Shown: one piece after another, positions 28,577-35,421 of the stretch
Position numbering within the stretch: position 1 is the stretch's first letter
How the letters are laid out: each line of letters opens with the position of its first letter
Virus record (IMG/VR): IMGVR_UViG_3300037484_000690
Span: 1 to 39,250 of that record
From: a virus
Taxonomy: Duplodnaviria; Caudoviricetes
Strand: one strand, 5' to 3'
DNA: 39,250 nucleotides
The notes under the pieces: model-generated
The model's input: the letters and a program-made list of their open reading frames with translations, nothing else
Told to the model about the DNA's origin: nothing
Database searches by the model: none
Position numbers and translations under genes: made by a program

Positions 28577-29134
28577 CTATTTCTCCGCAGGCTGCGGTGA
28601 AACGTCTATATCTGAGGGGGTCCCAGTCACTGACAATTCCCGTACAGAATGACCCCCCGGGGGTACCTGGGTCCCCCCAGCCCCCAGCTCCCCACCCTGG
28701 ACGCCCCGTGCGTGTGCGATGAGTCGCGCCATGTCGGTGGGGCTGCTACTGTTCAGGATATTGACCACCTGGCCAGGGCTCGTCGCAGGCTTAATCTCCA
28801 GGGTCGCAGCCCCCGAAGCCAGAAGCTCAAGGACCTTGCCCGCGCTTCCCAGGGTCTCTAGGTCTAGACCCCCTGAACCCTGAAGCCTCTTTACCTCCGC
28901 TCTCAGCGCCCGAATCAGGAGCCTGTAGGTCGCCTTGCTGAGGTCTGAGGTATCTAGGCTAGAGATTCGTAGGGGCGGCAAGGCGCGCTTCGCGAGCTGG
29001 GCACCACGACGCTTGGCGCGTGAATGAAGGACTTCCTGCTCTGGATTCCGGGGCACGAGCCAGGTTACGGGGGTCCAGGGGCGGGGGTGGGGCTTCCAGG
29101 GTAGGGGGCCTTGCGTCGAAACACAGGCACCCAC
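28577..29134 (-). CDS. Putative terminase small subunit (start uncertain)
   Basis: First gene of the packaging operon; basic N-terminus, helical core, VVNILN strand; called on position only. Confidence 0.4.
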   Translation of the reverse strand: MGACVSTQGPLPWKPHPRPWTPVTWLVPRNPEQEVLHSRAKRRGAQLAKRALPPLRISSLDTSDLSKATYRLLIRALRAEVKRLQGSGGLDLETLGSAGKVLELLASGAATLEIKPATSPGQVVNILNSSSPTDMARLIAHARGVQGGELGAGGTQVPPGGHSVRELSVTGTPSDIDVSPQPAEK

Positions 29135-29197
29135 ACTTGGGTGCTGAGGAGCGGGGCGCTGGGGTTGCCAGGGCAGTCACGGGGCGGCAGCCTAGAC

Positions 29198-29247
29198 CCC
29201 TGGAACCCTGACCCTGGAACCCTGACCCTGGAACCCTGACCCTGGAA
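29198..29247. repeat. 14-bp tandem repeat (CCCTGGAACCCTGA) x3.6
   Basis: Exact units start at 29198, 29212 and 29226, with a partial unit at 29240. Confidence 0.95.
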
Positions 29248-29322
29248 GCCAGGCCCTTGAACCCCAAGCCTGGACTCGAGCGACTGCCATGCTCTAGAAT
29301 CCTGACTCCCACTACTGCACTT

Positions 29323-29387
29323 CCTGGATCCCTAGAAGCCCTACTGTGCTACTCTGCCTCTCAGGATCCCTCACTGCCCTGGTAACT
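29323..29387. promoter_or_regulatory. Bipartite motif CCTGGATCCCTAGAAGCCC...CCCTGGTAACT, copy 1
   Basis: Same two blocks at 35291-35354 with near-identical spacing. Confidence 0.6.
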
Positions 29388-29491
29388 TCTGTGGGATTCT
29401 GCTGGTTCCTGACTCTTGATTCTAGAGGTTACGCGCCTGTTTTTGCCTCACCACTGAACAAACCACTGAACACCATGTGACGAGTTGGTGA

Positions 29492-29519
29492 ATTATAACT
29501 GAACAAACGTACAGTGCAA
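29492..29519 (-). promoter_or_regulatory. Leftward sigma70 promoter TTGCAC-16 bp-TATAAT
   Basis: Perfect -10; points towards the packaging/structural operon. Confidence 0.65.
29499..29514. promoter_or_regulatory. LexA/SOS-box-like operator CTGAAC-AAAC-GTACAG
   Basis: CTG-N10-CAG imperfect palindrome; the minus strand matches 16 of 17 positions of the Myxococcus xanthus consensus as I recall it (CTRHAMRYBYGTTCAGS). Confidence 0.6.
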
Positions 29520-29524
29520 GGCCC

Positions 29525-29560
29525 TTGACTCCCGACCCCCGACCCGCTACCCTGGAATCC
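29525..29560 (+). promoter_or_regulatory. Rightward leaderless promoter
   Basis: TTGACT-17 bp-TACCCT; ATG 7 nt downstream. Confidence 0.7.
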
Positions 29561-29767
29561 ATGATAACCCACGCTGACGTAGCGCTCAAGACCGCCACTG
29601 AGACGCTGTTCACCGCCTACACCGCCATGAAGCTGGTCGCGCGGCTGGGAGGCCCGGAAGAGTACGACCGGGCCGTGGAGGCTTACTACCGGGCCGTGGA
29701 GGCTTACGACCGGGCCTATGAGGCGTACATGGCCGCCTATGCCCTGTCCCCGAATCCCGGTACTTGA
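29561..29767 (+). CDS. Small helical protein with 7-aa Tyr/Ala repeats
   Basis: YDRAVEA-YYRAVEA-YDRAYEA, encoded by 21-bp repeats. Confidence 0.65.
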   Translation: MITHADVALKTATETLFTAYTAMKLVARLGGPEEYDRAVEAYYRAVEAYDRAYEAYMAAYALSPNPGT

Positions 29768-29798
29768 ACCCCAACCCCTGACCCGCTAGTCTAAATCC
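29746..29798 (+). promoter_or_regulatory. Palindrome plus leaderless promoter element
   Basis: GTCCC-N8-GGTAC, TTGAAC-17 bp-TAGTCT, 6 nt, ATG. Confidence 0.75.
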
Positions 29799-30362
29799 AT
29801 GAAAATCAATAAAGCCTGGAAAACCGAGATGGCCGCCTCTAAGGATGAAGCCCGACCCAACCTTACTCACTGCCATCTGGAGCGAGACGAGTCGAGCCCC
29901 TTCAGGGGCACCCTGGTGGCGACGGATGGGCACATGATGGCGGTAACGCCCGTGACCCTGGACCTGGCCGACGTAGCGGGACCCGTTCCGGTGGAGGCCC
30001 TGAAGTTGGCGCGCAAACTGGCCAAGAAGTCCCCGGACGCGGAGGTGATGCTGTCGGCCGAGCAGTGCAGGCTGGCGGGGCAAACCCTAGACCGTCCATC
30101 CACGGGGGACGTAGGCGCATTCCCGAACTGGAGGAAGGTTGTCCCCTCCACCGAGCCCCTGCCCGGCGGGACGGTGTTCCGCTTCGCTGTTGACTCTGAC
30201 CTTCTCTCCCGCGCCGCCAGCGCCATAGGGACCACGGGAATCGTGCTCACGGTTAGGGTGGGGGAGGATGGGATAGTGCTGGACGCCATAAGGGTAGATG
30301 CGTGTCTGCGCAGCGAGAGTCAGGGGCAGTTTGCCGTGGTCATGCCCATGGGGATCCCATGA
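29799..30362 (+). CDS. DNA polymerase III beta-clamp-like protein (partial)
   Basis: SKDEARPNL, LVATDGHMMA and FPNWRKVVP match the DnaN central-domain motifs; only 187 aa. Confidence 0.7.
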   Translation: MKINKAWKTEMAASKDEARPNLTHCHLERDESSPFRGTLVATDGHMMAVTPVTLDLADVAGPVPVEALKLARKLAKKSPDAEVMLSAEQCRLAGQTLDRPSTGDVGAFPNWRKVVPSTEPLPGGTVFRFAVDSDLLSRAASAIGTTGIVLTVRVGEDGIVLDAIRVDACLRSESQGQFAVVMPMGIP

Positions 30363-30553
30363 AAACCCCCACGGCTACCGAGTACGACGCCCTCCCCGCC
30401 TCCCTTCGCTTGCTTCTGGAGTCCCTCGAGTCGGCATCCGCGTTCTGGGGGTGGGCTGACGCCGAGGGAAGCCCCTCCGACGGCACAGAGGCCCGCAACG
30501 CCCTCTTCCTCGCCCGCCAGGCCCTTGCCGCCTGGCTACTGGAGACCCCATGA
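30359..30553 (+). CDS. Hypothetical protein
   Basis: ATGA-coupled on both sides. Confidence 0.55.
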   Translation: MKTPTATEYDALPASLRLLLESLESASAFWGWADAEGSPSDGTEARNALFLARQALAAWLLETP

Positions 30554-30732
30554 CTCGCGACCACGCGCACCCCCTGCTCTGCCGCGCCTGCCGGGCGGCG
30601 CCTGCAACCGAGACCAGGAGCCCCTACTCCCGAGACGTGGCGTACTGCCTCCAGTGCGTGGAGGCCATGGCGGAGGACGATTGGGACGCACACAAAGGAC
30701 AAAGACGAATCAGGCGTGGAGAGAATTGGTGA
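30550..30732 (+). CDS. Small zinc-finger protein (CxxC...CxxC)
   Basis: CRAC and CLQC; GGAG RBS. Confidence 0.6.
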   Translation: MTRDHAHPLLCRACRAAPATETRSPYSRDVAYCLQCVEAMAEDDWDAHKGQRRIRRGENW

Positions 30733-31193
30733 CCCGCCGGGCCCTCGCCCTGGCTGCCCTGTTCCTGGCTTCCCGGGCGGGGGCCCTGGATCTGGACCCA
30801 CGATACTCGGCCATGGTGGCGGGAGGGGCTGTGGGCGGGGCAGGGGTGGCGATGCTGGCAGGGGAGGCCCTGGATGGAGGGAGGGGCTGGGCATGGTCCA
30901 GGACCGACGTGGGCCTGGAGCTAGCGTTCCTGTCCCTGGCAACCCTGGACCTAATGCAGACGTCATGGTTTAGAGCCAGGGGCGATGCTGAATCCAACCC
31001 CCTTTTGGGCGCCTACCCGTCGCAGCGCGAGGTGGTCCTGGGCGTCGGGGCCTGCATGCTCGGCCACGTCCTGGTGTCGGCTGCCCTCCCTAAGCCCTGG
31101 CGACACGCCTGGCAGGGCGCGGGCATAGGCGTGGAGCTGGGGGCGGTGCTCTGGAATCGCAGCCTGGGCGTAGGGCTTCGGGTGCCGCTGTAG
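30729..31193 (+). CDS. Secreted or membrane protein, DUF5658-like
   Basis: GTG start with GGAG RBS; signal-like N-terminus; D..QT...ESNPLLG motif; hydrophobic helices. Confidence 0.6.
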   Translation: MTRRALALAALFLASRAGALDLDPRYSAMVAGGAVGGAGVAMLAGEALDGGRGWAWSRTDVGLELAFLSLATLDLMQTSWFRARGDAESNPLLGAYPSQREVVLGVGACMLGHVLVSAALPKPWRHAWQGAGIGVELGAVLWNRSLGVGLRVPL

Positions 31194-31203
31194 GCGCTAC
31201 AGT

Positions 31204-31256
31204 GTCCCTGATTCGTGGGGCTTGAGTCCCGACCCCTGACCCGCTAGTCTAGCTGC
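31204..31256 (+). promoter_or_regulatory. Palindrome plus leaderless promoter element
   Basis: GTCCC-N8-GGGGC, TTGAGT-17 bp-TAGTCT, 6 nt, ATG. Confidence 0.75.
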
Positions 31257-31436
31257 ATGACGACCCAAGCACACTGGTGCTGCCTCTACTCCGAAACGAA
31301 CTTCTCCCGCAATTGCAGCCCTGTGGATGGGGCGCGTGAGCTGTTGTGCGCCACCTGTTCACGCCTTGCCCCACTCCCCGAGCCCGCCCCGCGTCCCACG
31401 TTCAAGGGATTGCGTTCACTCCGCCCGGCCCGCTAG
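31257..31436 (+). CDS. 59-aa Cys-rich protein (not in the ORF track)
   Basis: MTTQAHWCCLYSETNFSRNCSP...LCATCSR; ATG at the predicted transcription start. Confidence 0.6.
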   Translation: MTTQAHWCCLYSETNFSRNCSPVDGARELLCATCSRLAPLPEPAPRPTFKGLRSLRPAR

Positions 31437-31445
31437 GGTGACATC

Positions 31446-31601
31446 ATGTCATTCGAAGAAGCCAGAGAGACGGAAGTGTCCCCCGGGGAAGCCCGACGCG
31501 AGATTCTACGGCACGGGGCGGACTGGGACGAGTTTATCTCCGAAGCCGGTAACAAGCCTATATACCTGGGCTCCGAAGTGCTTGACTTCCTTGGATACTG
31601 A
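31446..31601 (+). CDS. 51-aa hypothetical protein (not in the ORF track)
   Basis: MSFEEARETEVSPGEARREILRHGADWDEF...VLDFLGY; GGGTG RBS. Confidence 0.65.
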   Translation: MSFEEARETEVSPGEARREILRHGADWDEFISEAGNKPIYLGSEVLDFLGY

Positions 31602-31602
31602 C

Positions 31603-31791
31603 ATGAGCCCCCGACCCGCCTACGGTTTCGATCCCGACCCGTGCGACGCCTGCCAGAACCCCCTGCTGGCTGTAGCAGCCAAGCACCCGTCCGACGTCAG
31701 GGTGCCAGGCGGATGGACCCTGGACGCCTGGGGTCGCCTACTCTGCCCGGTTCACGCCCCGAAGTCCCGCTTCCTTCCCTGCTGGAAATAG
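31603..31791 (+). CDS. Small zinc-binding protein (CxxC...CxxH)
   Basis: CDAC...GW...LCPVH. Confidence 0.55.
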   Translation: MSPRPAYGFDPDPCDACQNPLLAVAAKHPSDVRVPGGWTLDAWGRLLCPVHAPKSRFLPCWK

Positions 31792-31799
31792 GAGAGACC

Positions 31800-32039
31800 A
31801 TGCAAGCCATCGTGACCAAGTATCTCTGCCCAACCAACAGCCGTGGGGCCCGCGTCAAGGCTACCTGTCAAGCGGGCAGCATGACCGTGGCATGGGACCA
31901 CGCCCTAAACGCGACCGACAATCATCGCGAGGCTGGCATGGCGCTGGTGTTCCAGAGGGGGTGGTACAGTCATGGCACCTGGAAGCAGGGCGCCCTGCCG
32001 AACGGGGACTATGTGCTGGTGTGCGACGAGGGGCAGTAA
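31800..32039 (+). CDS. Conserved-looking phage hypothetical protein
   Basis: AGGAG RBS; MQAIVTKYLCPTNSRGARVKA N-terminus. Confidence 0.7.
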   Translation: MQAIVTKYLCPTNSRGARVKATCQAGSMTVAWDHALNATDNHREAGMALVFQRGWYSHGTWKQGALPNGDYVLVCDEGQ

Positions 32040-32040
32040 C

Positions 32041-32093
32041 GTCCCTCGCCCGCGGGACTTGAACCCCTAACCCCGAAGCCCTAATCTACCACT
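32041..32093 (+). promoter_or_regulatory. Palindrome plus leaderless promoter element
   Basis: GTCCC-N8-GGGAC, TTGAAC-17 bp-TAATCT, 6 nt, ATG. Confidence 0.75.
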
Positions 32094-32261
32094 ATGACAA
32101 CCGACCTGACGCCAACCCCGCTCCTCCCGAAGTGGCGAGTCCGCGAAACCAAGTTCGGGCGCTGGGACTTCACGGTCCAGGCCCTCTCGCCAGCACAGGC
32201 CCTAGCCGTTGTGCGGGCTTGTGGGTGCACGGAGCCTTGCACCGTCACCAGGACAGGGTGA
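32094..32261 (+). CDS. 55-aa hypothetical protein (not in the ORF track)
   Basis: MTTDLTPTPLLPKWRVRETKFGRWDFTVQALSPAQAL...; ATG at the predicted transcription start. Confidence 0.6.
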   Translation: MTTDLTPTPLLPKWRVRETKFGRWDFTVQALSPAQALAVVRACGCTEPCTVTRTG

Positions 32262-32265
32262 GGCC

Positions 32266-32856
32266 GTGAAAATCTCCCTGAGGGGCACTACGGGGTTGCC
32301 AGGGGTAGACGAGGAGGTCAGGGCAATGGCCGAGTGGCTGGGCGCCAGGCTCCAGGAGGTGGAGTTCCCGGTTCGAGTGACCCTGGTCAAGGCCCGGGGG
32401 CGGAGTACGTCGGGTAGCGCCTTCTGGCCCGTGACTCAGGCTTCGCAGCGCCACAAGCTACATCGGGGTCACTCGCTGAGGGCGTACGAAGTGACCCTAA
32501 GGGTGGCGGAGTTCACCCTTCGTCGCCAGTATCCCGCGTCCTTGACGTACCGGAAGGACGCGGGGCCGATCCTGTGCCAAGACCACTGGGACGCGATAGC
32601 CCACACTTTGTTCCATGAGATCAGGCACATACAGCAGTTTTCGGAATGCCGAGCAGCCTGGCCGCATGGTCCGCCCGTCAAAGACGGCGGGGAGTACAAC
32701 GCCCACGCCACGTTCCGCACCTGGGAGTTGAGGGAGTACCGCAGCGGAAGTTGCGAGGTTGATAGTGAGTTGGTAGCCAAGCAGTGGCTGGCCGAGTGGC
32801 GGGAGTCCACCGGCCGGACCCAGGGGTCCCCGAGACTCGGCCCCGAAGACCTGTAA
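32266..32856 (+). CDS. Zincin-like HExxH metallopeptidase-domain protein
   Basis: TLFHEIRHIQQ with downstream CEVDSE; GTG start after GGTGAGG. Confidence 0.65.
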   Translation: MKISLRGTTGLPGVDEEVRAMAEWLGARLQEVEFPVRVTLVKARGRSTSGSAFWPVTQASQRHKLHRGHSLRAYEVTLRVAEFTLRRQYPASLTYRKDAGPILCQDHWDAIAHTLFHEIRHIQQFSECRAAWPHGPPVKDGGEYNAHATFRTWELREYRSGSCEVDSELVAKQWLAEWRESTGRTQGSPRLGPEDL

Positions 32857-32910
32857 CCTCCCGGAATTGCTAGCCCGACCCCTGGCCCCGGAATCGCAAG
32901 GACAGACTCC

Positions 32911-33003
32911 ATGAACGAAATGAACGCAACCTTCTTCCTGGTCATCGCCCTCCTCCCGGTAGCACTGACGCTCCTCGCCGCACAAGTCTCAAGGTGGTTC
33001 TAA
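32911..33003 (+). CDS. 30-aa hydrophobic peptide
   Basis: MNEMNATFFLVIALLPVALTLLAAQVSRWF; AAGGA RBS. Confidence 0.5.
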   Translation: MNEMNATFFLVIALLPVALTLLAAQVSRWF

Positions 33004-33134
33004 TGGCCCTCCACTTCCTCGCCGTCGCGGCGCTGCTTCTCTTCGCCCTCGCCTCCCGCGCCATGCGTCCGGAGCCCTCGCTCGCCAGCAGGCTTGTCGC
33101 CGCCGCTATCGTCCGCAGCACCCACGGAGCCTGA
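33003..33134 (+). CDS. 43-aa hydrophobic peptide
   Basis: MALHFLAVAALLLFALASRA...; TAATG coupling. Confidence 0.5.
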   Translation: MALHFLAVAALLLFALASRAMRPEPSLASRLVAAAIVRSTHGA

Positions 33135-33135
33135 C

Positions 33136-33492
33136 ATGGACGCTTTCACCACCTCCTACATCGAAACCGCCCTGTGGAGCACGACGGACAACGCCAATGC
33201 CTCGGGAGGATCCCCTCTCGACGACAACTACGGAGTGGACGATATCGCAGGTCCCACGCTAGCTCGCATGATCGAGGACTGCGCAGCGTTTCAGGAAGCC
33301 AACGTGAAGCACATCGGCGATCGGGATGAGCAGGCGGGCTATGACTTCTGGCTCACGCGGGAGGGGCACGGCGCGGGATTCTGGGACGGCGACTGGGATG
33401 AGCCAGGAGCAACGGTCCTGACGGATGCTGCGCACGCCTACGGATCGTTTGACCTGTACGTGGGTGACGACGGGAAGGTCTACGGGGCCTGA
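33136..33492 (+). CDS. Acidic conserved-looking phage protein
   Basis: YIETALWS and GYDFWLTREGHGAGFWD motifs; GGAG RBS. Confidence 0.75.
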   Translation: MDAFTTSYIETALWSTTDNANASGGSPLDDNYGVDDIAGPTLARMIEDCAAFQEANVKHIGDRDEQAGYDFWLTREGHGAGFWDGDWDEPGATVLTDAAHAYGSFDLYVGDDGKVYGA

Positions 33493-33493
33493 C

Positions 33494-33610
33494 ATGGAAT
33501 TCTTCATCCTGATGGCGGTGTGGCTCGCGCAGTTGGCTTTCGGAATCTGGGTCGCATGGGTCGTGATTGCTATAGCGTTCAAGCTCCTGACCATGTGGGC
33601 CCGGTCATGA
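33494..33610 (+). CDS. 38-aa membrane peptide
   Basis: MEFFILMAVWLAQLAFGIWVAWVVIAIAFKLL. Confidence 0.55.
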   Translation: MEFFILMAVWLAQLAFGIWVAWVVIAIAFKLLTMWARS

Positions 33611-33816
33611 GCTGTCTGGTCAAGCAGTGCGCATGGTGCCTGGCGACCTACTCGAGGCTTATCGGGGGCTACGTCCGACTACCCGGACAAGAGAAGATCC
33701 CGGGAGCGACCCACGGCATCTGTCCCGAGTGCCTGGAAACCCACTTCCCCGACCACGACCAACTACCCCCGTGTCCCTTGCCCGCGGGACTAGACCCCTC
33801 ACTCCCGAAGCGCTAG
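33607..33816 (+). CDS. Zinc-finger protein (CAWC...HGICPEC)
   Basis: Motif visible in the translation; ATGA coupling. Confidence 0.65.
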   Translation: MSCLVKQCAWCLATYSRLIGGYVRLPGQEKIPGATHGICPECLETHFPDHDQLPPCPLPAGLDPSLPKR

Positions 33817-33825
33817 GATTCAACC
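33773..33825 (+). promoter_or_regulatory. Palindrome plus leaderless promoter element
   Basis: GTCCC-N8-GGGAC, TAGACC-17 bp-TAGGAT, 6 nt, ATG. Confidence 0.7.
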
Positions 33826-34107
33826 ATGACGACCCGAGACGACCTGGACTACGCAGCCGAGGTAGAGGCGATGGTGGAGAAGTCCCTAACCGAGTATGTG
33901 GCGCCCCGCGGGATGCTGGTGTATTTCACGCCCGAGACCCTTAAGGCCATCTTCAAGGTGGTCGACCAGCGGCGGGCCGAGTCGGAGCACCTAGAGCTTG
34001 ACCGGAGCGTCCGGATTTTCGCGCCGGGGTATGACTACCCCGCCGAGGAGCTGAGGCAGGGAAATGTGGTTCCCAGGACTCCCAAGTTCATGATTGGGAG
34101 GGGATAG
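33826..34107 (+). CDS. Hypothetical protein
   Basis: ATG at the predicted transcription start; 93 aa. Confidence 0.65.
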   Translation: MTTRDDLDYAAEVEAMVEKSLTEYVAPRGMLVYFTPETLKAIFKVVDQRRAESEHLELDRSVRIFAPGYDYPAEELRQGNVVPRTPKFMIGRG

Positions 34108-34110
34108 GAA

Positions 34111-34668
34111 ATGTCAATCATCATCGTGAATGGTCAAGAGTGGACCGTGGCGCCGGGGGCGAACCTCGAGGGGGCGAACCTCGAGGGGGCGAACCTCTGG
34201 GGGGCGAACCTCTGGGGGGCGAACCTCTGGGGGGCGAACCTCGCGGAGGCGAACCTCGCGGGGGCGAACCTCGGGGGGGCGAACCTCAGGGGGGCGAACC
34301 TCGGGGGGGCGAACCTCTGGGGGGCGAACCTCGTGGGGGCGAACCTCGGGGGGGCGAAGGGGCTTATCTGCATGGCCACTCCCCCTCAGGAGGGGGAGTT
34401 TATCGCCTACAAGAAGCTTACGGGAGGGTCGGTGTGCCGCCTCAAGATACCGGCCGACGCAGCGAGGACGGGGAGCTACGTAGGCCGCAAATGCAGGGCT
34501 GAACGGGTCATCGTCCTGGACGTCGGAGGCTATAGCGGGCGAGGCGGAATATACGTGGTCGGGAGAACCTACATCCCGGACTTTTACGACCCTGACCCCC
34601 GGGCAGAGTGCACGCATGGGGTCCACTTCTTCATGACGTACCAGGAGGCCCTGGGCTACGGGGGGTAG
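34111..34668 (+). CDS. Pentapeptide-repeat protein with DUF5758-like C-terminal domain
   Basis: 13 (G/E)ANLx units; AYKK...LKIPADA...RKCRA...ECTHGVHFF. Confidence 0.85.
   Translation: MSIIIVNGQEWTVAPGANLEGANLEGANLWGANLWGANLWGANLAEANLAGANLGGANLRGANLGGANLWGANLVGANLGGAKGLICMATPPQEGEFIAYKKLTGGSVCRLKIPADAARTGSYVGRKCRAERVIVLDVGGYSGRGGIYVVGRTYIPDFYDPDPRAECTHGVHFFMTYQEALGYGG
34156..34356 (+). repeat. 15-bp tandem repeat GGGGCGAACCTCNNG x13
   Basis: Encodes the pentapeptide units. Confidence 0.95.
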
Positions 34669-34685
34669 GGCCAGAGCCAGGAAGC

Positions 34686-34718
34686 GAGAGGGAGGTCCCG
34701 CAAGGGCGCCTCCCTCTC
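34686..34718. terminator. Hairpin between convergent genes
   Basis: GAGAGGGAGG...CCC-GCAA-GGG...CCTCCCTCTC. Confidence 0.7.
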
Positions 34719-34727
34719 TGCGTTTCC

Positions 34728-35219
34728 CTACTCTGCGGCGGAGCGGAGGACCCGCTCCACGTTGAAGGTGTTACCGCTGGCGAGCGTCAACTCCTGCCCC
34801 GGCGCTGCGCCGATGAACGGGGCGCGCATGGCCTCGGGGAGCCGACCAAGGACCAGGGCGCAACGCCCGGGGTCCATCTCCGTACCATCATTGTCGTACT
34901 CCACGCCGATGACGAAGGACTCGGGAGAGGCGACCAACTGCTCGGCCAGGCGGCCGGTCTTGAATGCCTCGTCCAGGGCCGACAGCATAATGCTGTTGTC
35001 GGAGGTGGCTTTCTCGAGTCGGGATGCGTCGACCTGGGCCTGGACCTTGTCGAGTCCGGAGAGGGTTGCCAGGGCGTTTGAGGTAAGGGTTAGGCCCTCG
35101 AGGGCGTTGCGGACTTCGGCAAGGTGGGTGGCGAGGTTGTTCAACTGGACCTCCAGGGTGGAGACCTTCTCCCGAAACGTGACTCGCTGGCGCTGATTCG
35201 TCTTTCCAAGCATCCCCAT
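34728..35219 (-). CDS. Coiled-coil protein with FKBP/GreA-C-terminal-like domain
   Basis: GAGGAG RBS; heptad N-terminus; LPEAMRAPFIGAAPGQELTL. Confidence 0.6.
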   Translation of the reverse strand: MGMLGKTNQRQRVTFREKVSTLEVQLNNLATHLAEVRNALEGLTLTSNALATLSGLDKVQAQVDASRLEKATSDNSIMLSALDEAFKTGRLAEQLVASPESFVIGVEYDNDGTEMDPGRCALVLGRLPEAMRAPFIGAAPGQELTLASGNTFNVERVLRSAAE

Positions 35220-35290
35220 CGCGGTACTCCTCGTGTGAGCCGGGTGTCTACAGCAAGGACACCATACACGGGGAAGCTGACATCTGGATC

Positions 35291-35354
35291 CCTGGATCCC
35301 TAGAAGCCCCATCCCTGATCCCTGTATCTCTACTCCTCATACCCCCTGGTAACT
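35291..35354. promoter_or_regulatory. Bipartite motif, copy 2
   Basis: 19-bp and 11-bp blocks identical to 29323-29387. Confidence 0.6.
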
Positions 35355-35421
35355 CTTCTGTACTCCCTCTTCCGTTCGGGCCTGAGCCCAAGCTACACCC
35401 AACATCTGACAACCGACCCCC

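Noticed and set aside
4729-29134. Genome-wide amber (TAG) recoding
   Set aside because: Many genes end in TAG exactly where the next gene begins, long ORFs are intact under the standard code, and no suppressor tRNA is seen
29257-29291. Additional TTGAAC promoter copy
   Set aside because: No acceptable -10 at 17 bp and the ATG spacing does not fit the pattern
29746-33825. Repeated elements as CRISPR repeats or integron attC sites
   Set aside because: Irregular kb-scale spacing, clear -35/-10 geometry, no attC core sites and no integrase
34114-34626. Repetitive ORFs in alternative frames (EVRPP, GGEP, GRTS, RFAP) and possible CRISPR-like array
   Set aside because: By-products of the 15-bp coding repeat; no spacers and no cas genes
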